In this document: positions 47,323 through 60,285 of the stretch, piece by piece | How the letters are laid out: each line of letters opens with the position of its first letter | Numbering within the stretch: the stretch's first letter is position 1 | Source: Ramazzottius varieornatus | Lineage: Eukaryota > Animalia > Tardigrada | DNA: 64,000 nt | Direction of reading: 5' to 3' | NCBI GenBank assembly: GCA_001949185.1 | Contig: BDGG01000011.1 | Coordinates: 1,598,597-1,662,596 of the forward strand | Translations under genes and position numbers: made by a program | Notes under the pieces: model-generated | Told to the model about the DNA's origin: nothing | What the model saw: the letters and a program-made list of their open reading frames with translations, nothing else | Databases searched by the model: none

Positions 47323-50300
47323 ACAGTATGTGATTTGTTTGTTGATCACTGACTGCCACGCCTGTTGATGTGCAGTATGTCAATTACAGCATGTGGCAAT
47401 TAGTGCAGTACGAGGAGCGAGGCCCTACGTTGGTCACGAGCATACTTTGTCCAGTCAAGTTTTGAAGGTGGCGTTTCCAGTTGCAAGATCACAGTACAAT
47501 TAGCTGGCGCTCATTAGGCAACTTACTGAGAATGGACAAAGTTCTAAGCGTTCCACGTTCGCAGTGAAACGAAGGCCTTGATTCGATGATTTTCACACGT
47601 TCTGCACAGAAGTACAGCATGCTCTGACGACAGCGCTTCACTCTGACTTGTCTTTCCGGAACCTGGACAGATTTCACCGATTTCACCTTAGAATATAGGC
47701 GAAAATTCACTCCTGAGAGCAAAAGTCAAGGACGAAGGAGGAAACGGACATCTTTCTTCAAACAACCATCTTCGAGTCTGGCATCCTCACTTCCGGTGAA
47801 GTTATGCGCCACCGGAAGACGGGAAACTGCTGGCAGTTAGACCAGCGTCAATTCTCTCCTTCATATTTCTTTTCCCTCATGCAGTTTACAGCACTAAGAA
47901 CTAGGTTTAAGCTACAGTTCAGTACCTGGAGGCTTCTAATCTGACCAACGTAGATTGAGATATGAGCGCGGGAGCGTTTTTAAGATAAGAAGGCAACTCT
48001 CTCCGGAAATTATCAATGGATGTTCAGTACATTGCAACAGAAGGACAACCTTCGGAATTCGCAGAGCTCGTAGAAGATTATCCCGCAGACCCCATAACAA
48101 GCAGGATATGCCGTTCAAGATGAAGGGAGAGGAAGAAAGAAAGCCGTCGATGGCTCACAGAAACTGAATAACTGATTTTCGTTGAAAGCAAATCGTTTTC
48201 GCTTGGAAGTGGACAAAGTTTTAGCCGTTCCGAGTTTGAACTAAAACGGCTGTGTGACTTCATCAGTAACATTTGGCATACCTTGAGAAACATCCGATTT
48301 TGCCCGGTCGGGCACATATGCGGTTTACGTGGCCCAGCTTGTTGTGCGCTCTGTAGAAAGCGTGCTCCCTAATATCGAACGAATTTCTCGAACGACTTCC
48401 ACTCTCCCTTAATTATCTTCCCCTCTTTCTCACTTCTGACTAAGTAGAAAGATAGCCAGGTGTTCAAAGATACTTGTGAATTAGTTTGGATTTTGATGGC
48501 GGAAGATTAGTAAGAAATCATCAGTGGACAAAGTTGTCTGCTGTTCGGGCAAACGGACAAAGTTGGGTCTCGCTCCTCGTACTGTCGAACGTCGACTGAC
48601 GTACAATCAAGATCTGAAACCGGATGGACGACGTTGAAAACAGTTTGAGGTTCGAACAGCCGCACGACGCGACATGAACCCAACGTAAATCAATGGGTTC
48701 ATTTTGTTTCACCCATCATCAGGTCACCGTTAAAGCACCAGCCCTGTCTTCAGATATAAAGTCTGTGAAGTTAACCCGTCGTGTCGCCCTGCCGCAAGCG
48801 TTCCCTGAGCACGGAGGCGACGAGGCCGCCTAAGTGCGATGCTGCAGGGCTTGGCGCCTGTCAAACCCAAATTTTTCAGTGGTATGAGCAGAAGTTGCCC
48901 ACTTCCGAGGAAAGACAAGTACGAGGACTAGGCAACACAACGCTGTAAAGCGTGTGCTTGGTAATGGTTTGCCTCCTTTGCTCGGCACTCCCAGACTTGC
49001 ATTTCGTTGCATTGCTTGCATTTCGCGAGCCTTTCTTTGGTAAGTGTTGGATAAAAGCAGATTGGATTGGATTGATAAATGAGATAGCAACTGTCGTCAG
49101 TAAAAGACGTAACTACAAATGGATATGTAGATCCGTCAACAGAGGCTGATTTCTCAGCTTCTCTCGTTGCTATTGTTTACTCGTATCTGAAACTTCAGTC
49201 TCCTTTTCGTAGCGCCGAACCAGGTCGACACTTCTTCAATGAAGAAAGAACTGTCGTAGCAATCAACCGCGGAGGAGCAGTAATGTGGGCTCCCAGTGCT
49301 ACAACCAACACATACGCTATATTGCACAGGCAGAAATCCGGCTTGATCTATGAGACTGATGTTAAAATTGGTAAGTTACAGTAACAACAAGAACCTCTAT
49401 CGAAAACTTATGTCATATACTGAATTTGTGAAGTATTTGCTGACATGGAAGCAGACGCTGGCTCATTTGTTTAAAGGTCCGTGGATAATGGGTACCGAAA
49501 CATTCAAATGGCACGCAATACCTCCGCACTTGGGTAAGTCACCAAAGCTATCGTTGTCAGCTCACAGTAAGGGCTTACCAAGATAGATTACATCGCTGGT
49601 GGAACTACAGCACTGGTGTAATTGGCTCCACCCACACCCTTACGATTGGCCTATTCATTCCACCAGACGTTACACTTTCGGTTTTATTGCGAGTCGCTCC
49701 GGAACGACTCGTAATTACACCAGACTTAACCAACATCCCGAGTGCGCTGTGCTCCCCTCCAAACTTTCAAATGTCACTTCCCTGACGATTTTTTTCGCTA
49801 CTCGTCCTACTGGTGAGTGTATGGTGCTTCCTCCGACATCAACGATCTCATAATCCTCCGATCGTACTTACCTGCAGTGCGGGGCTTTCAGATCGAGCCG
49901 TTACACCGCTTTCCTAACTGGTCAAAAGAATCTTCTGGGCGTATCCACCAAAGTAGCTGGTGTAATTACACCACGAAGCCAGCTTAGTCTTTGTAAGCCC
50001 TTAGTAAAAAATTCATTTACATGTGCCATCTGCACGCAAGGTCTGACAGTTTTGAATTTCGCAGTAAAGATTGATAATTCTTCCAAAAACATCAGATGCC
50101 GTATCATGTAACCGCACGAAGTGCTCCAGCTGTAATCGAACAAAATGTTAACAACCATTGTTGACCTGCGCATTACAATTGACTGGTTTATTTTTGGCAA
50201 ACAAGAAAACGAACTTTTGCTCAATTCCAATCTTTGCCCCATGATGCAGGCTTGGTTTCGGTTACGAGTTTTGCTTGTCAGATCTGGGATACTGCTTCCG

Positions 50301-53300
50301 GGTTAGTCTAGATTTAGTACGAATGAATGGACATTTTTAGCGATTTAATAGGTACAGAGCCAACGAAGTTGCATGTGCAGTAAAAAGGTCAAGTCGGATG
50401 ACCATTTCTGATCATCATACACTATCTGAAAGTGATGTCATTTCGAAGGGGCTTTTTCCGCGCGGACCATACATATGGCTTATGCCTTGTATTGATTGCA
50501 GAGCTTCTTCTTACGGATCCGCTTAGCCCACTAAAGATTCTGAACTCTACAGTGACGCAACAGATCACGAATACATCGTCGCAGTACGGATTACCGGTCA
50601 CTGTATGCCGTATTAAACTGTTCCCTTTACTTCACTCGGACTGAAGCATCGATCTGTGCTAATACGACACTTCCTTATTTTCGAGCTCTTCCCTTAGTGT
50701 TTTAAAAGGGAATGACAGGATGTGCGTTAGGTGTCTTCAGTCTTGCATGCATAACTGTGTTGATTGCGTTGACCTAGCAAGCGACTTGCTAAAATACACT
50801 TTCCATACAAGCAACCCTCGAGCGGCTTATCTTCGAAGTGAGATCGGTTCATCTCATGCACACTTGACTCAAAATTTGAAAATTTCATTTCTCAGCTGGT
50901 TTCCGATTCCCCGTCCTTGATCACGAGACACATTTTCTTGCTTGGGATTCTTGATATCTATTATCGCTGAGGATTTCGGGGAAAAAGAGTAGCTAGAAAG
51001 AAAGTCTGGAGTTTCAGCCAAGTCAGGAGGCAAAGTTTGCCCACCAACCCACCCCAGGAAACTCGCGCATTTCCGGCCTGTTATGCACTATATTCGAAAT
51101 TTTCAAATTTTCTCTCAGGTTTCATTTCAGTTGATCAAATGTAGCAAGCAGGTTTTTACTCCAACAGGTTTCGCAAGCAAGATTGAGGACACCTATGTAT
51201 GTGAGGAAACCAGCATCGCAATGTTGATTAAAATGAACGACGTCGGGCAAACAATTCAAACTGATGCGTTGTTGACTATCACACAGCAGCTAAGAGCTTT
51301 TTGGAACGTGGCGTTGTTTCGTCCCCGAATACTGAACCTTTCGAGAACGTGATACTGTCCTGCATTTCGGCAATATTTACCTTGTGATGGCCGGCATGTC
51401 CAGATCATGGTTGGGGCGCGACAGCAAAGATTTTAGTGGGAATAACGTCAGACGAAAAGACAGGAACACTGTCGAAACGTGTCATGCTGATGGTGCAATA
51501 TCCATATCCACTACGAGTAGTCTCTACCATCTGGTTCCGCCCAACGCCCATTTGTGAGGGTTGGTTTCCGCGTACACTGTAAGTATACGCGCGACGAGAT
51601 ATTATGGGCCTTTAAAAATTCCGGGCCAGGCGGAAAAGACGGCAAATTTACAATTTGTGTGGAAGTCAGAGACAGAAATCGGACAAATGACGTAGTGAAA
51701 TTCAACCGTAGAAAAATGTCATGGATAGTGGCCATCAGCTGTTCAGCTGTCTACTCTAAAGCTTTACCGCTGCTATCGACTTTCTCCCGGAGAAGCCCTG
51801 AAATAGTTGGAGCTGTTGAAGTTGTGCGCGTTCCGGTAAAACTGAGATCTACAGTAACTAGCAACTGCTATAATAAATACGACAAGCTTTAGCTCCTTGG
51901 CTAGTATCCAGCACGTACGTACAGCAGTCCACCCTTCGATGCTGGTTTTTACTTGTAGCAAGAATCACCTGCCCGTGCCGCCGTAGCGAAAGGGCCTGGC
52001 CCGTAATTTTTACAGGCCCATAATGTTTCGTCGTTCGTGTACTGTACATACGAAGATCTAGCTACTGGCTTTTTCGAACGACGTGTGCCTGAGTGTACGG
52101 TGCGCGCAGCGTAAGGCTAGATTTGCCTATCGGACAAACCAAATTTAGCAAGGTTACAACGGTGTCTTAGAGTGCCAATCAACGGTAGATGACGTCACGT
52201 GATCACGAGTAGGGATACATATTGTGCACTGTAGCTTGATGTTTCGAGTTCCTCTTCTAAGATTGACCCTACGGCGGCGACAGGATCAGAATCAGTTCTG
52301 TTATTTTACTTCCCTTGCTTATCGTGATAGGAATAGCTCACTGGAGTGAGTCGGCCTTTGCTATGGAGGATTGGCGCAACAACACCGAGACTCAAATGAA
52401 CGTTAGCACGGCAGTTTCAGAGGTCAAATCACGATTCTTCTCGCCGAATCACGATTCTGAAGGCGCCAGCGGATCGAACTAAAGCTGAGCAACGGATGAT
52501 CATGATAGGTAGCAGCAGATAATTCGGTTTAGAAACCACTGTTTCTGTGTATAGTTTTGTATATTTAGTCATGGGGAGTTTGATCGCAGAGTTCATGGTG
52601 GTGCTGGCGATGATAGTCGGTTGGTAGAGAGTACCACATTGTTCCTGCTCCAGCCACATCGGTGTGAAGCCTGGCTCATACTTACGACCACGATGAATGC
52701 CACAACAAGAACTAATCGGTCCGAAGACATTGGACTCCGTAATAGACAAAGGCCGGAACCTGGCTTAGAATCAGTCTACACATTGCTCGGTAATACCAAT
52801 CTGTACATCCGGAACGCACTAGGCTTCCTGGAGAACCTTTGATCGATACGAAATAACGCTACCAGCTTTCTTCTGTCTAGAATAGTTTTCACAACCACAA
52901 AGCTTTTGACAGTGAGGTGGTTGGCATAAAAATTGACATCGAACTAGACGCTCCAGATATTCAGTAAGGACCGTAAACGTTAACCGGAACCCAGTCTGAT
53001 TCCTGCCAGGCAGCCGCAAAGCTGCGCATGGTGCTACGAATGTACAGGGTGAGTACGCCGGTTTGCTACCACCTGGAACCTCAGCGCAGGAGAAAGTCAA
53101 AGTGCTGGTTGTCCTTTGGGTCATTCACAGATTTCGTTCAACTTTTCAAGCTCTTCTAGAAGAGATATACAGTAGATCACTTGCATGCATTGAGACCATG
53201 GTTGAGAAAGTCGATTGGCAGGACTTCCGGTGAGGAAGACTTCTCGCCACGAACGAAAAAGGTTCCCTGGAACTCCCTGTTTGAGAATCCATCCGCAATT

Positions 53301-54899
53301 TTATTTCAGCCTGGGTATAAATACGTAGGTGCTCATTGAGAATTGGAATAGATCAAACTAACTTTGAAAAGGAAGTAATATCGTCGAATTGGACCATCTT
53401 GCCGGGAAACCCCTCCTCGTGGAAAAAAATTGCAAAGTGTGTTTTAAACCAAGCATTTGTTCACACAGCCGCTTTTCGTTTAGCTGAGTCCCTGGACTAA
53501 TCTTTCATCACTGTCCGAGATGCAAGATCTTTCCGAGAAACTGAAGAAAATTGCTCGAATTTCCCTCAAAATTCAAAAAAGTTGTTGATCCAGGCGAACC
53601 TTGTTTTTCTGAAAGGTGTTCCGGCACTCTGACTTCGCCCAGTCTGTCTTAAACCGTTCGTGATTTAGATAGCCCTCGAATTTGGCTACGCGCTCATGTT
53701 TTTGCTTTCCGGAATACGATTCAGACCATTTCGAGACATCCTGTTTTTGGGCGACCACCCTTTAATTTTGCACGATTTTGCAAAAGTTGCTGTATCAGTA
53801 AATCAACAAGTGGTACAATGAAGCACGATGTTTTTATCGGTAGTAGACCACCGTTAAACGGTTCGCAATCAGCAGTTTTCAATCGAAATTGCAATTGGGT
53901 GAGAAAGATTTTCTCCCCGAGGGAGAAACCGCGAAAAGTTTCTGCCGAAGCAGTTGCACGGTTGCACCTTTCCTGATTCGTGATCAAATCTGAGCTTCCC
54001 GTAGATATTCTTCCAGGCCAAGTTATTTTTAAAAGGTAGTAAAAAGGATGTCAAAGTAAGGAAAAATATTTAGGAGGACGAACATACGCTCAGCCGAGAG
54101 CGCCATAATTGTTAAGAGGTGGTAGCAAGTTGGCGTACTCACCCTGTAATACCGGCAGGCAGTCAGCAGGATCAAGACAGTATCGTCTGAGCAAGCGTGC
54201 CTATGCTAGGTATTCCAGCTGTCGGCGTCCAGCAGCGGCCACAAGGCTGGAAAACAGTCTATTAGCCACATAGTCAGTGTTGTCTCATAACAGGTCGAGT
54301 CGCACTCCGTTCAGGTTGAAGAAGGGTTGAAAGGGTTCCATGTTGGACTTCCGTCTTTCGCTGAACCAAGGATTGTCTTTACCACCTGCCACATTGAGTC
54401 TATGTCACTGACCAAAGCAACCGAGACTTTCCGGTATCAGTTGAGGGTACGAGCTTGCCCAAGTTGTTCAGCGGCACCCTGGCGCACTTGATCTGAGTTT
54501 TCCGGTTTGAACACCACATCCGCGTATTCATGTACTGTATCATCATTGGTATATTTCCAGAGTTATTTGTCGGCTCTCCCATAGCCTTGACCTGCAGCAC
54601 CGAATGATCCAGATAAACAACGACATTTTGTACTTCGATCAAAAACATTCAAACAAAAAATATCCGATTTACGTATATCATATAATGATATAGCCTGATT
54701 ATAGTCCGTAAATGGACTAAAAATGTCGGGCTAGTATGTATCAGGTGCAGAAGTATGATTTGTTACCCCTGGGAACACTTCAACTTCAGAAAATCATGGT
54801 TACGCTCCCCGTTGTTCTTTTGTCCCGAAGTCTTTTTTCTCTCACTTTGCCAACTCCTGGATATCGGAAGTGTTGGGGAAGTAACAAGTCATACTTCCG

Positions 54900-55620
54900 C
54901 ACCTGATAGATAATGCTGTCCCAATGTCGCAGGGAGATGGAGTTCGAGTACTTCATGCCACTGACGGAGCTCGTATGTCTCAGCGTGAAGATCAAGCCTG
55001 GGTTTTCGTGTCGCATGTTGCGCACATGGATGTCCGTCGTCATCCAGTTACACGGAAACTGGACGTCGCGACTACAAGCTGATGTCCGCTGGTTAAACTA
55101 GCCATTTGCAAATGCAGAATATCAACTACCTCAACATTCAACCCACACTCATCTGTCACTGGAAACTTGTTGGATTTGCTGTCTGTACCAGAGAGATCCT
55201 TCGATCTCGACGAACTGGAGGAACACTACCTATAAACCATGCATTCTGACAGCCAGTTCACGGTGATCGCTTGGCAAGCAGCCTCCCGGCTTGATCGTTA
55301 AACTGACACTGGGCAGGCAGACTGTTTGTGAACAGGATTCCTCTTCGTGGAATCTCGAGCTAAGCTCTTTTACAAGCAAGAAGAAAAGCGTTCACATAGG
55401 GCAATCAGCTCTGTCCTGTGCCTAATTCAGGAAGATTGGCCATAGCAGAAGGGAGCCGAGAAGCAAGCAGCACGCGTGAACAGGAACTGCAAGCTAGTTC
55501 TTCCGCTCGGTCCGCACTATTACTTCCCGGAATCCCGGGTGGACATCTTGCTGTCGGTAGATCAAATTTGGAAAGGAGTGCTTCGGTGAAATTTTTGCAC
55601 TTCAAATAATTTCCGACGCA
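54900..55620 (+). mobile_element. Very decayed LINE endonuclease-like remnant
   Basis: Only the fragment PHSSVTGNLLDLL followed by HSD resembles the APE-endonuclease PT...GN.LDL / SDH motifs. Confidence 0.25.
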
Positions 55621-56122
55621 CAAGACAAACCGGGCACACCCTTATACAGTATACCTAAATGCTTCCATAAACTTGGCGTTTTCTGGAGTTGCGATAGATG
55701 ATAAGTTATTAAGATCTTGAAAATTGGAGATGAGATTTAAGACAGATATCCGAGATACTGTGAAGACATTTTTGTTGTGGAGTGAAGGCAGGAGGAATTG
55801 AATTATCACCACAATCATATGGCACAGATGAAGCCAGCAAGCAGGCCTCTTCGGTGCTAGGAGTTATAACATGGAAAGAGCGGAGGCTGATGTCCAAGTT
55901 TCGCTTGGTAGGCAATTTTGTTCACACGGTTTATTACGCCCTAATGATGCCTACTGAGAATGCAACTTGCCAGGCTTGCTAGGAGCGCGAACAGAAATTC
56001 CGTCGACTTGGACCCTAATTGTGCTTGATCAAATATCGGTGATTGATCAGCCGATCTTTATGGCATTTTAATCTCTTGTGCCTGCCAAGCAGATCACCGT
56101 GAACTGGATCTTACATCCAGGG

Positions 56123-56676
56123 CTACTTGGCAAAAGCACAACCTGGACATTTCATGCACGCATCAACGCCGTAGAGCACCGTGCATTTGGACTGGGCTGA
56201 AACAGACAATACGGCAATCTCTTTGGAAAATATCCGGTGTGATGGGGATGAAAGGCGACTGTAAATTACCAGGAGCTGATGTGTAGCCAGCCGGTGAGTC
56301 GAGGCTGTATGGGTTGTAGGGCGTGTTGACCATTCCGGGAATAGCGGGCACGGCACTGCCACCATAACCGTGGCCAGGAGTATCTAGTGGCGCGACTGGC
56401 GTGTTGGGATTGTGGTGGATGGACGAGTCGGCGCTGTCGTCCAGCTGATCGGACGGAGATGGTCTTTCACGGTCACCTGTGGGACGAAAAGACCTCGTCG
56501 AAAACTGCCACAGCAAACCTTTCGATTATTCGTAATGGATACCGCAGTTCATTCCGCTGACCTTTGATGCGTAACGGAGCAGCATGGCACCCACACCGTA
56601 AGCTGAACACGTACACGAACACCAAGACTTCGAGAACCGGATGTTCGAGTGCCTCCTTCGTGGCGGCTTGGTCCAT
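56123..56676 (-). CDS. Small predicted secreted protein (131 aa): Pro/Gly/Ser-rich middle and 4-Cys C-terminal tail, 3 exons
   Basis: Exons 56676-56562, 56476-56270 and 56196-56123 join in frame through two phase-1 GT-AG introns. Hydrophobic N-terminal segment VLEVLVFVYVFSLRCGCHA. Ends AQSKCTVLYGVDACMKCPGCAFAK*. Confidence 0.6.
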
Positions 56677-56846
56677 TCGCCCATCTCGCTAACTTCGGGT
56701 GTGCGCGCGATAGCATACAGATGACAGTAACAACTGTGACGATGCTGATTCACCAAACAAACAGGACCCACTCGCGTCAATATTCCCCTTAACGAAATGA
56801 AAAGGAGAGGAATAAGAAACTATATGAGGAAGCACCGTCTGAGTAT

Positions 56847-59574
56847 TCATTCACTTTTGTCGGTTTCTTTCTTCCGTAAGAGTTTCATCAAAAACTGGAA
56901 CAGTTCATTTTCTGTTTTCCAAAGAACGGTCAAAACAGAAGTACCTAAAACCCCACCAAAAGATAGAAACACTAATTTGCCTCCCACAGATTCGAGATTA
57001 CAAAAAGGACGGAGTATATAGAGAAAGACGGCGGTGCTGGCGCACACCGAGAAGAACGTCGCGTTGACCAAAACGCCCTTCAAAGGTTTGTGGGGTGTGC
57101 CGGCGTAGTACCGCCGAATGAATACCACACTGTGAGCAATGCGGAGAGCCATGTTGAGCGAATTGGCCACCACGAAGCCGACTGCACCCAACCATCTGAC
57201 GAAGACCCAGGATGAAGCGAGGAAAGCCAGCGTGAAACCGACCAACTTCCGGTTGTAACTGAAGAAATTCCGAAATTAATTCTGGCTCGATTTTTGGTAC
57301 TTGAATTTTTCAAAGCAGGCACCGAATAACACTAAGTGGTCTTAGAGTATGAGTATTGTGTAGAACATTCACCAAACTTCTGGAATTATTATAGATAATT
57401 TTTTGATGCGTAGACAAACAAACTTGAGAAGATCGCTTTCCAAGTGGCGCACGCTTCCAGCCAATCATATTGAACATCTACTCCACTTCGGAAATCATCT
57501 TGTCGAGTTTTTTCGCCTGGCTCCCGCTCGGTGGCTCCCGCTCGGTAAGATTGGGATACCACTTGGAGAATTATGGTAGGAAGAATGTATGCCTTACTTG
57601 TCGACTTCGGCTTTGCTCATGGCAGAAAAGACGAAAGCTTCGGTGACGCCGTTGACAGCCAGGAAGAGAACGTAGACCCAGAAGGCGCGCATCAGCAACG
57701 GAGCGGATCCGCTGTTCAAGGTTTCTCCTCCGTAAATTGACAGAAGGACGTCCGAGTAGCTGAAGCCGAACACGACGATGATGACACTCAACGCTGTGAT
57801 GCTCTTCAGGTATACTTCCAACATCTTGGCACCGAAAGCGGCTTGCGGGTCCTGCAAAGTGAAACCAACCGTCAGTCACGCAAACGAGCCGTATCGTGCA
57901 CCATCATCCATGGCGCGCCGTTAGGTAAAGTCAGCTGACCGTTGGGCACGGCCTATGTGGCCGATGACGACACGACGATTTCTTCTGGTTGTTGGTTGAT
58001 TGATGATCGTTGATTGATACAAATGCGAACAACGGAAAAAAATTCTTACCTGCTGCTTTTGCTCATCTTTCTCCACTTTCTCTCTCGGTAAAACCTTAGA
58101 GAAGAAGAGGTAAGCGTTCTCCTCGACTTGCTGGAAGAGAAGTCGAGCCACGAGAGATCCCAAGTTGCTGACGACGTCGTATATGCCTTGTTCAGCGAAC
58201 GTCAGCATCTGCAGGCCGGACATGACGTAGCGCTCGCCTTCAGTCAGCACTTGTTTGAGGAAAGACTGCTTGGTGAAACTCCACGTCAGAGGAATGAGAC
58301 GGGGTGGGAGAAGAGGCTTGGAGTGGGAAGGCAGGAAGTCGCGGATGGAATGGACGGGCAGGGGATGTGGCGTGGACGGTGGAGTGCGGAGAAGCTTGAT
58401 GAAGTGGTAGTAGAAAATCGACGTGTACACTACAAAAATAAAATTCCGTAAATTACAAAGAAACACAGACTGAATCTCTCAAACCAATGAGAAAGCTCTA
58501 AAGAGTGAAACCGTTTCCTGAAATTACTTAGTAAGAAAATTTTGGAATCGAGAGGAGCTCAGAGCTCGGCGAACAAACCCGACAAGATCGTTTTCCCTAG
58601 TGGCGCACATTCTCAGCCAACAATAATGGAAGCACGCGCCACTCGGAACAAACTAGTAGGAACTGTTTCCCAAGTGGCGCATGCTTCCGGTTTTAATGGC
58701 TTTAAGTGTGCGCCACTTGGGAAAAACAGCGTTATCGAGTTTGCTTGCTGAGCTCCCCATGCGAAAAAATAATTACGGATTGCGCTAAGGATCTGCGTCG
58801 TGGAGAATATTGCAATGCCGTAGTAGGGAGTTCGAATTATCAATACTGCGTTGAGGAATGCTTGGAAAATCAAGGAGTAGAATTTCGCCGAAACCTGAAA
58901 AATAGATACGATTTTATTCGAAGGAAATATCGAAATATTCGCCCAGAGTTCAACAGAATATTCGTCCAAATTCTTACGCGAACTTTGAGCAGCATCCATT
59001 CTTGAGCAACGATGTAGAGCGGTTCACAGAGCATATCGATGGTGGAAGTGGCAGAGTAAGCGAAGACGCCGTAGCCATAAAACGGAGCATTCGGTCGCTC
59101 CATCACAAAATACCATATTAAACTGAAAAACACCGACAAGGCTGCCGAAGCTGCTGTCCTGCAACACAACCAATAACGTTATGACTTCCACAAAACCTTT
59201 GGAGAACGGCACTGACACTCACGCGAGCCACATTAGATTCACCGTTTGCTTCCAGTCGGCCTTTCTAAGATTGCCCGAGCATGCTCGTCTGACGCCTTCT
59301 CGACAGAGAAAGAGGATGGTGGTGTGAAGGAGTAGTAGCCTGACGTTGACGATACCCAGGAGGTCTTTGGATGCATAACGGACGACCAGAGCGTTTAGGA
59401 CGAAAGTTACGACTTTCCCGATAATCTGTCAAGCCACAACGTGGAAATTTACGATGTGGGGCATCAGGTAGAAAGAAAGAGCCTTACCTGAAGGAAGATG
59501 TTGACGTAGGTGGACTTAATCGCTCCTGCGAATGTCGAGCTCTGCTCTGGTGAAACCTCCATGGTATCAGGCAT
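56847..59574 (-). CDS. RFT1: Protein RFT1 homolog (Man5GlcNAc2-PP-dolichol translocation), about 7 exons
   Basis: Spliced motifs TFVLNALVVRY...LGIVNVRLLLLHTTILFLCREGVRRAC, WSFTKQSFLKQVLTEGERYVM, QGIYDVVSNLGSLVARLLFQQVEE, LAVNGVTEAF and GFVVANSLNMALRI. Start at 59574 or 59562. Confidence 0.95.
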
Positions 59575-59679
59575 CGGGACTGGAAAGCATGGATAGAGAA
59601 TCAAGGATGATGGAGGTGGAGAGAGGAGAAGTATGAAGAAACCTTGTACAGCAGAATAATTTTCGCAGCTTCGTCCGCT

Positions 59680-59770
59680 GAGCTGACGCACGACGTCACG
59701 GCAGGCGCTGTACTGCCCGGCTTTTTCGCTGACGCGCATGACGTATGCGTCGACGATAATGTCATGTCAT
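59680..59770. promoter_or_regulatory. Candidate divergent promoter with clustered CRE-like (TGACG / GACGTCA) sites
   Basis: ctgacgcacgacgtcacgg...ctgacgcgcatgacgtatgcgtc lies between head-to-head RFT1 and the ORF at 60286. Confidence 0.35.
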
Positions 59771-60285
59771 GTGGAATTAACATAATACGAGCAGACCAAG
59801 TTGGCAAGCCGTACCCTGTCGGACAGTCTTTACCGCCAACCGGATTCTTTCGGTTTTGCCTGGACCGGAAGCCAGGATCTTCTGGAGATTCGTTCGTTTG
59901 GTCTCATCTCTGGACTGGGAGCTTCGTATTAGGTTGGCTCGAGGAAATGTTTACTGTGCCACAGGTTGCAGTGTAACCACTAGACTATAAATGATGGAGA
60001 TGTCCGAAACTACTTCCTAGTTATAGTTTAATCTGACGTTTCATGGCCGGAATCGCCACATTATCGATCTTTCGTACAGAAGGCTATCTAATCGCAGAGA
60101 TAAAGAACATGATTTCACGTCGTCCTAAGTGTTTCCTGCTCAGCCACGTACTGAATTTACGTTCTAACAATTTCCGCCATGTCTTACTGTTAGCCATTGA
60201 TGCCCAATAAAACTTGACCGCTCGGTCATAAATTTTACCAGGAACTCATCAGGCGGAAAATCTTCGCACGGAGCCCGTACGTCCA

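Noticed and set aside
47400-54100. Short ORFs in the gene-poor stretch, including a 45-codon signal-like ORF near 52600-52730
   Set aside because: No motifs or consistent exon chains were found, and the lengths are within chance expectation.
58590-58725. CTCF sites in the cccaagtggcgc motif
   Set aside because: The motif is one base short of the AG[AG][GT]GGCGC core spacing and is explained by a repeat family.
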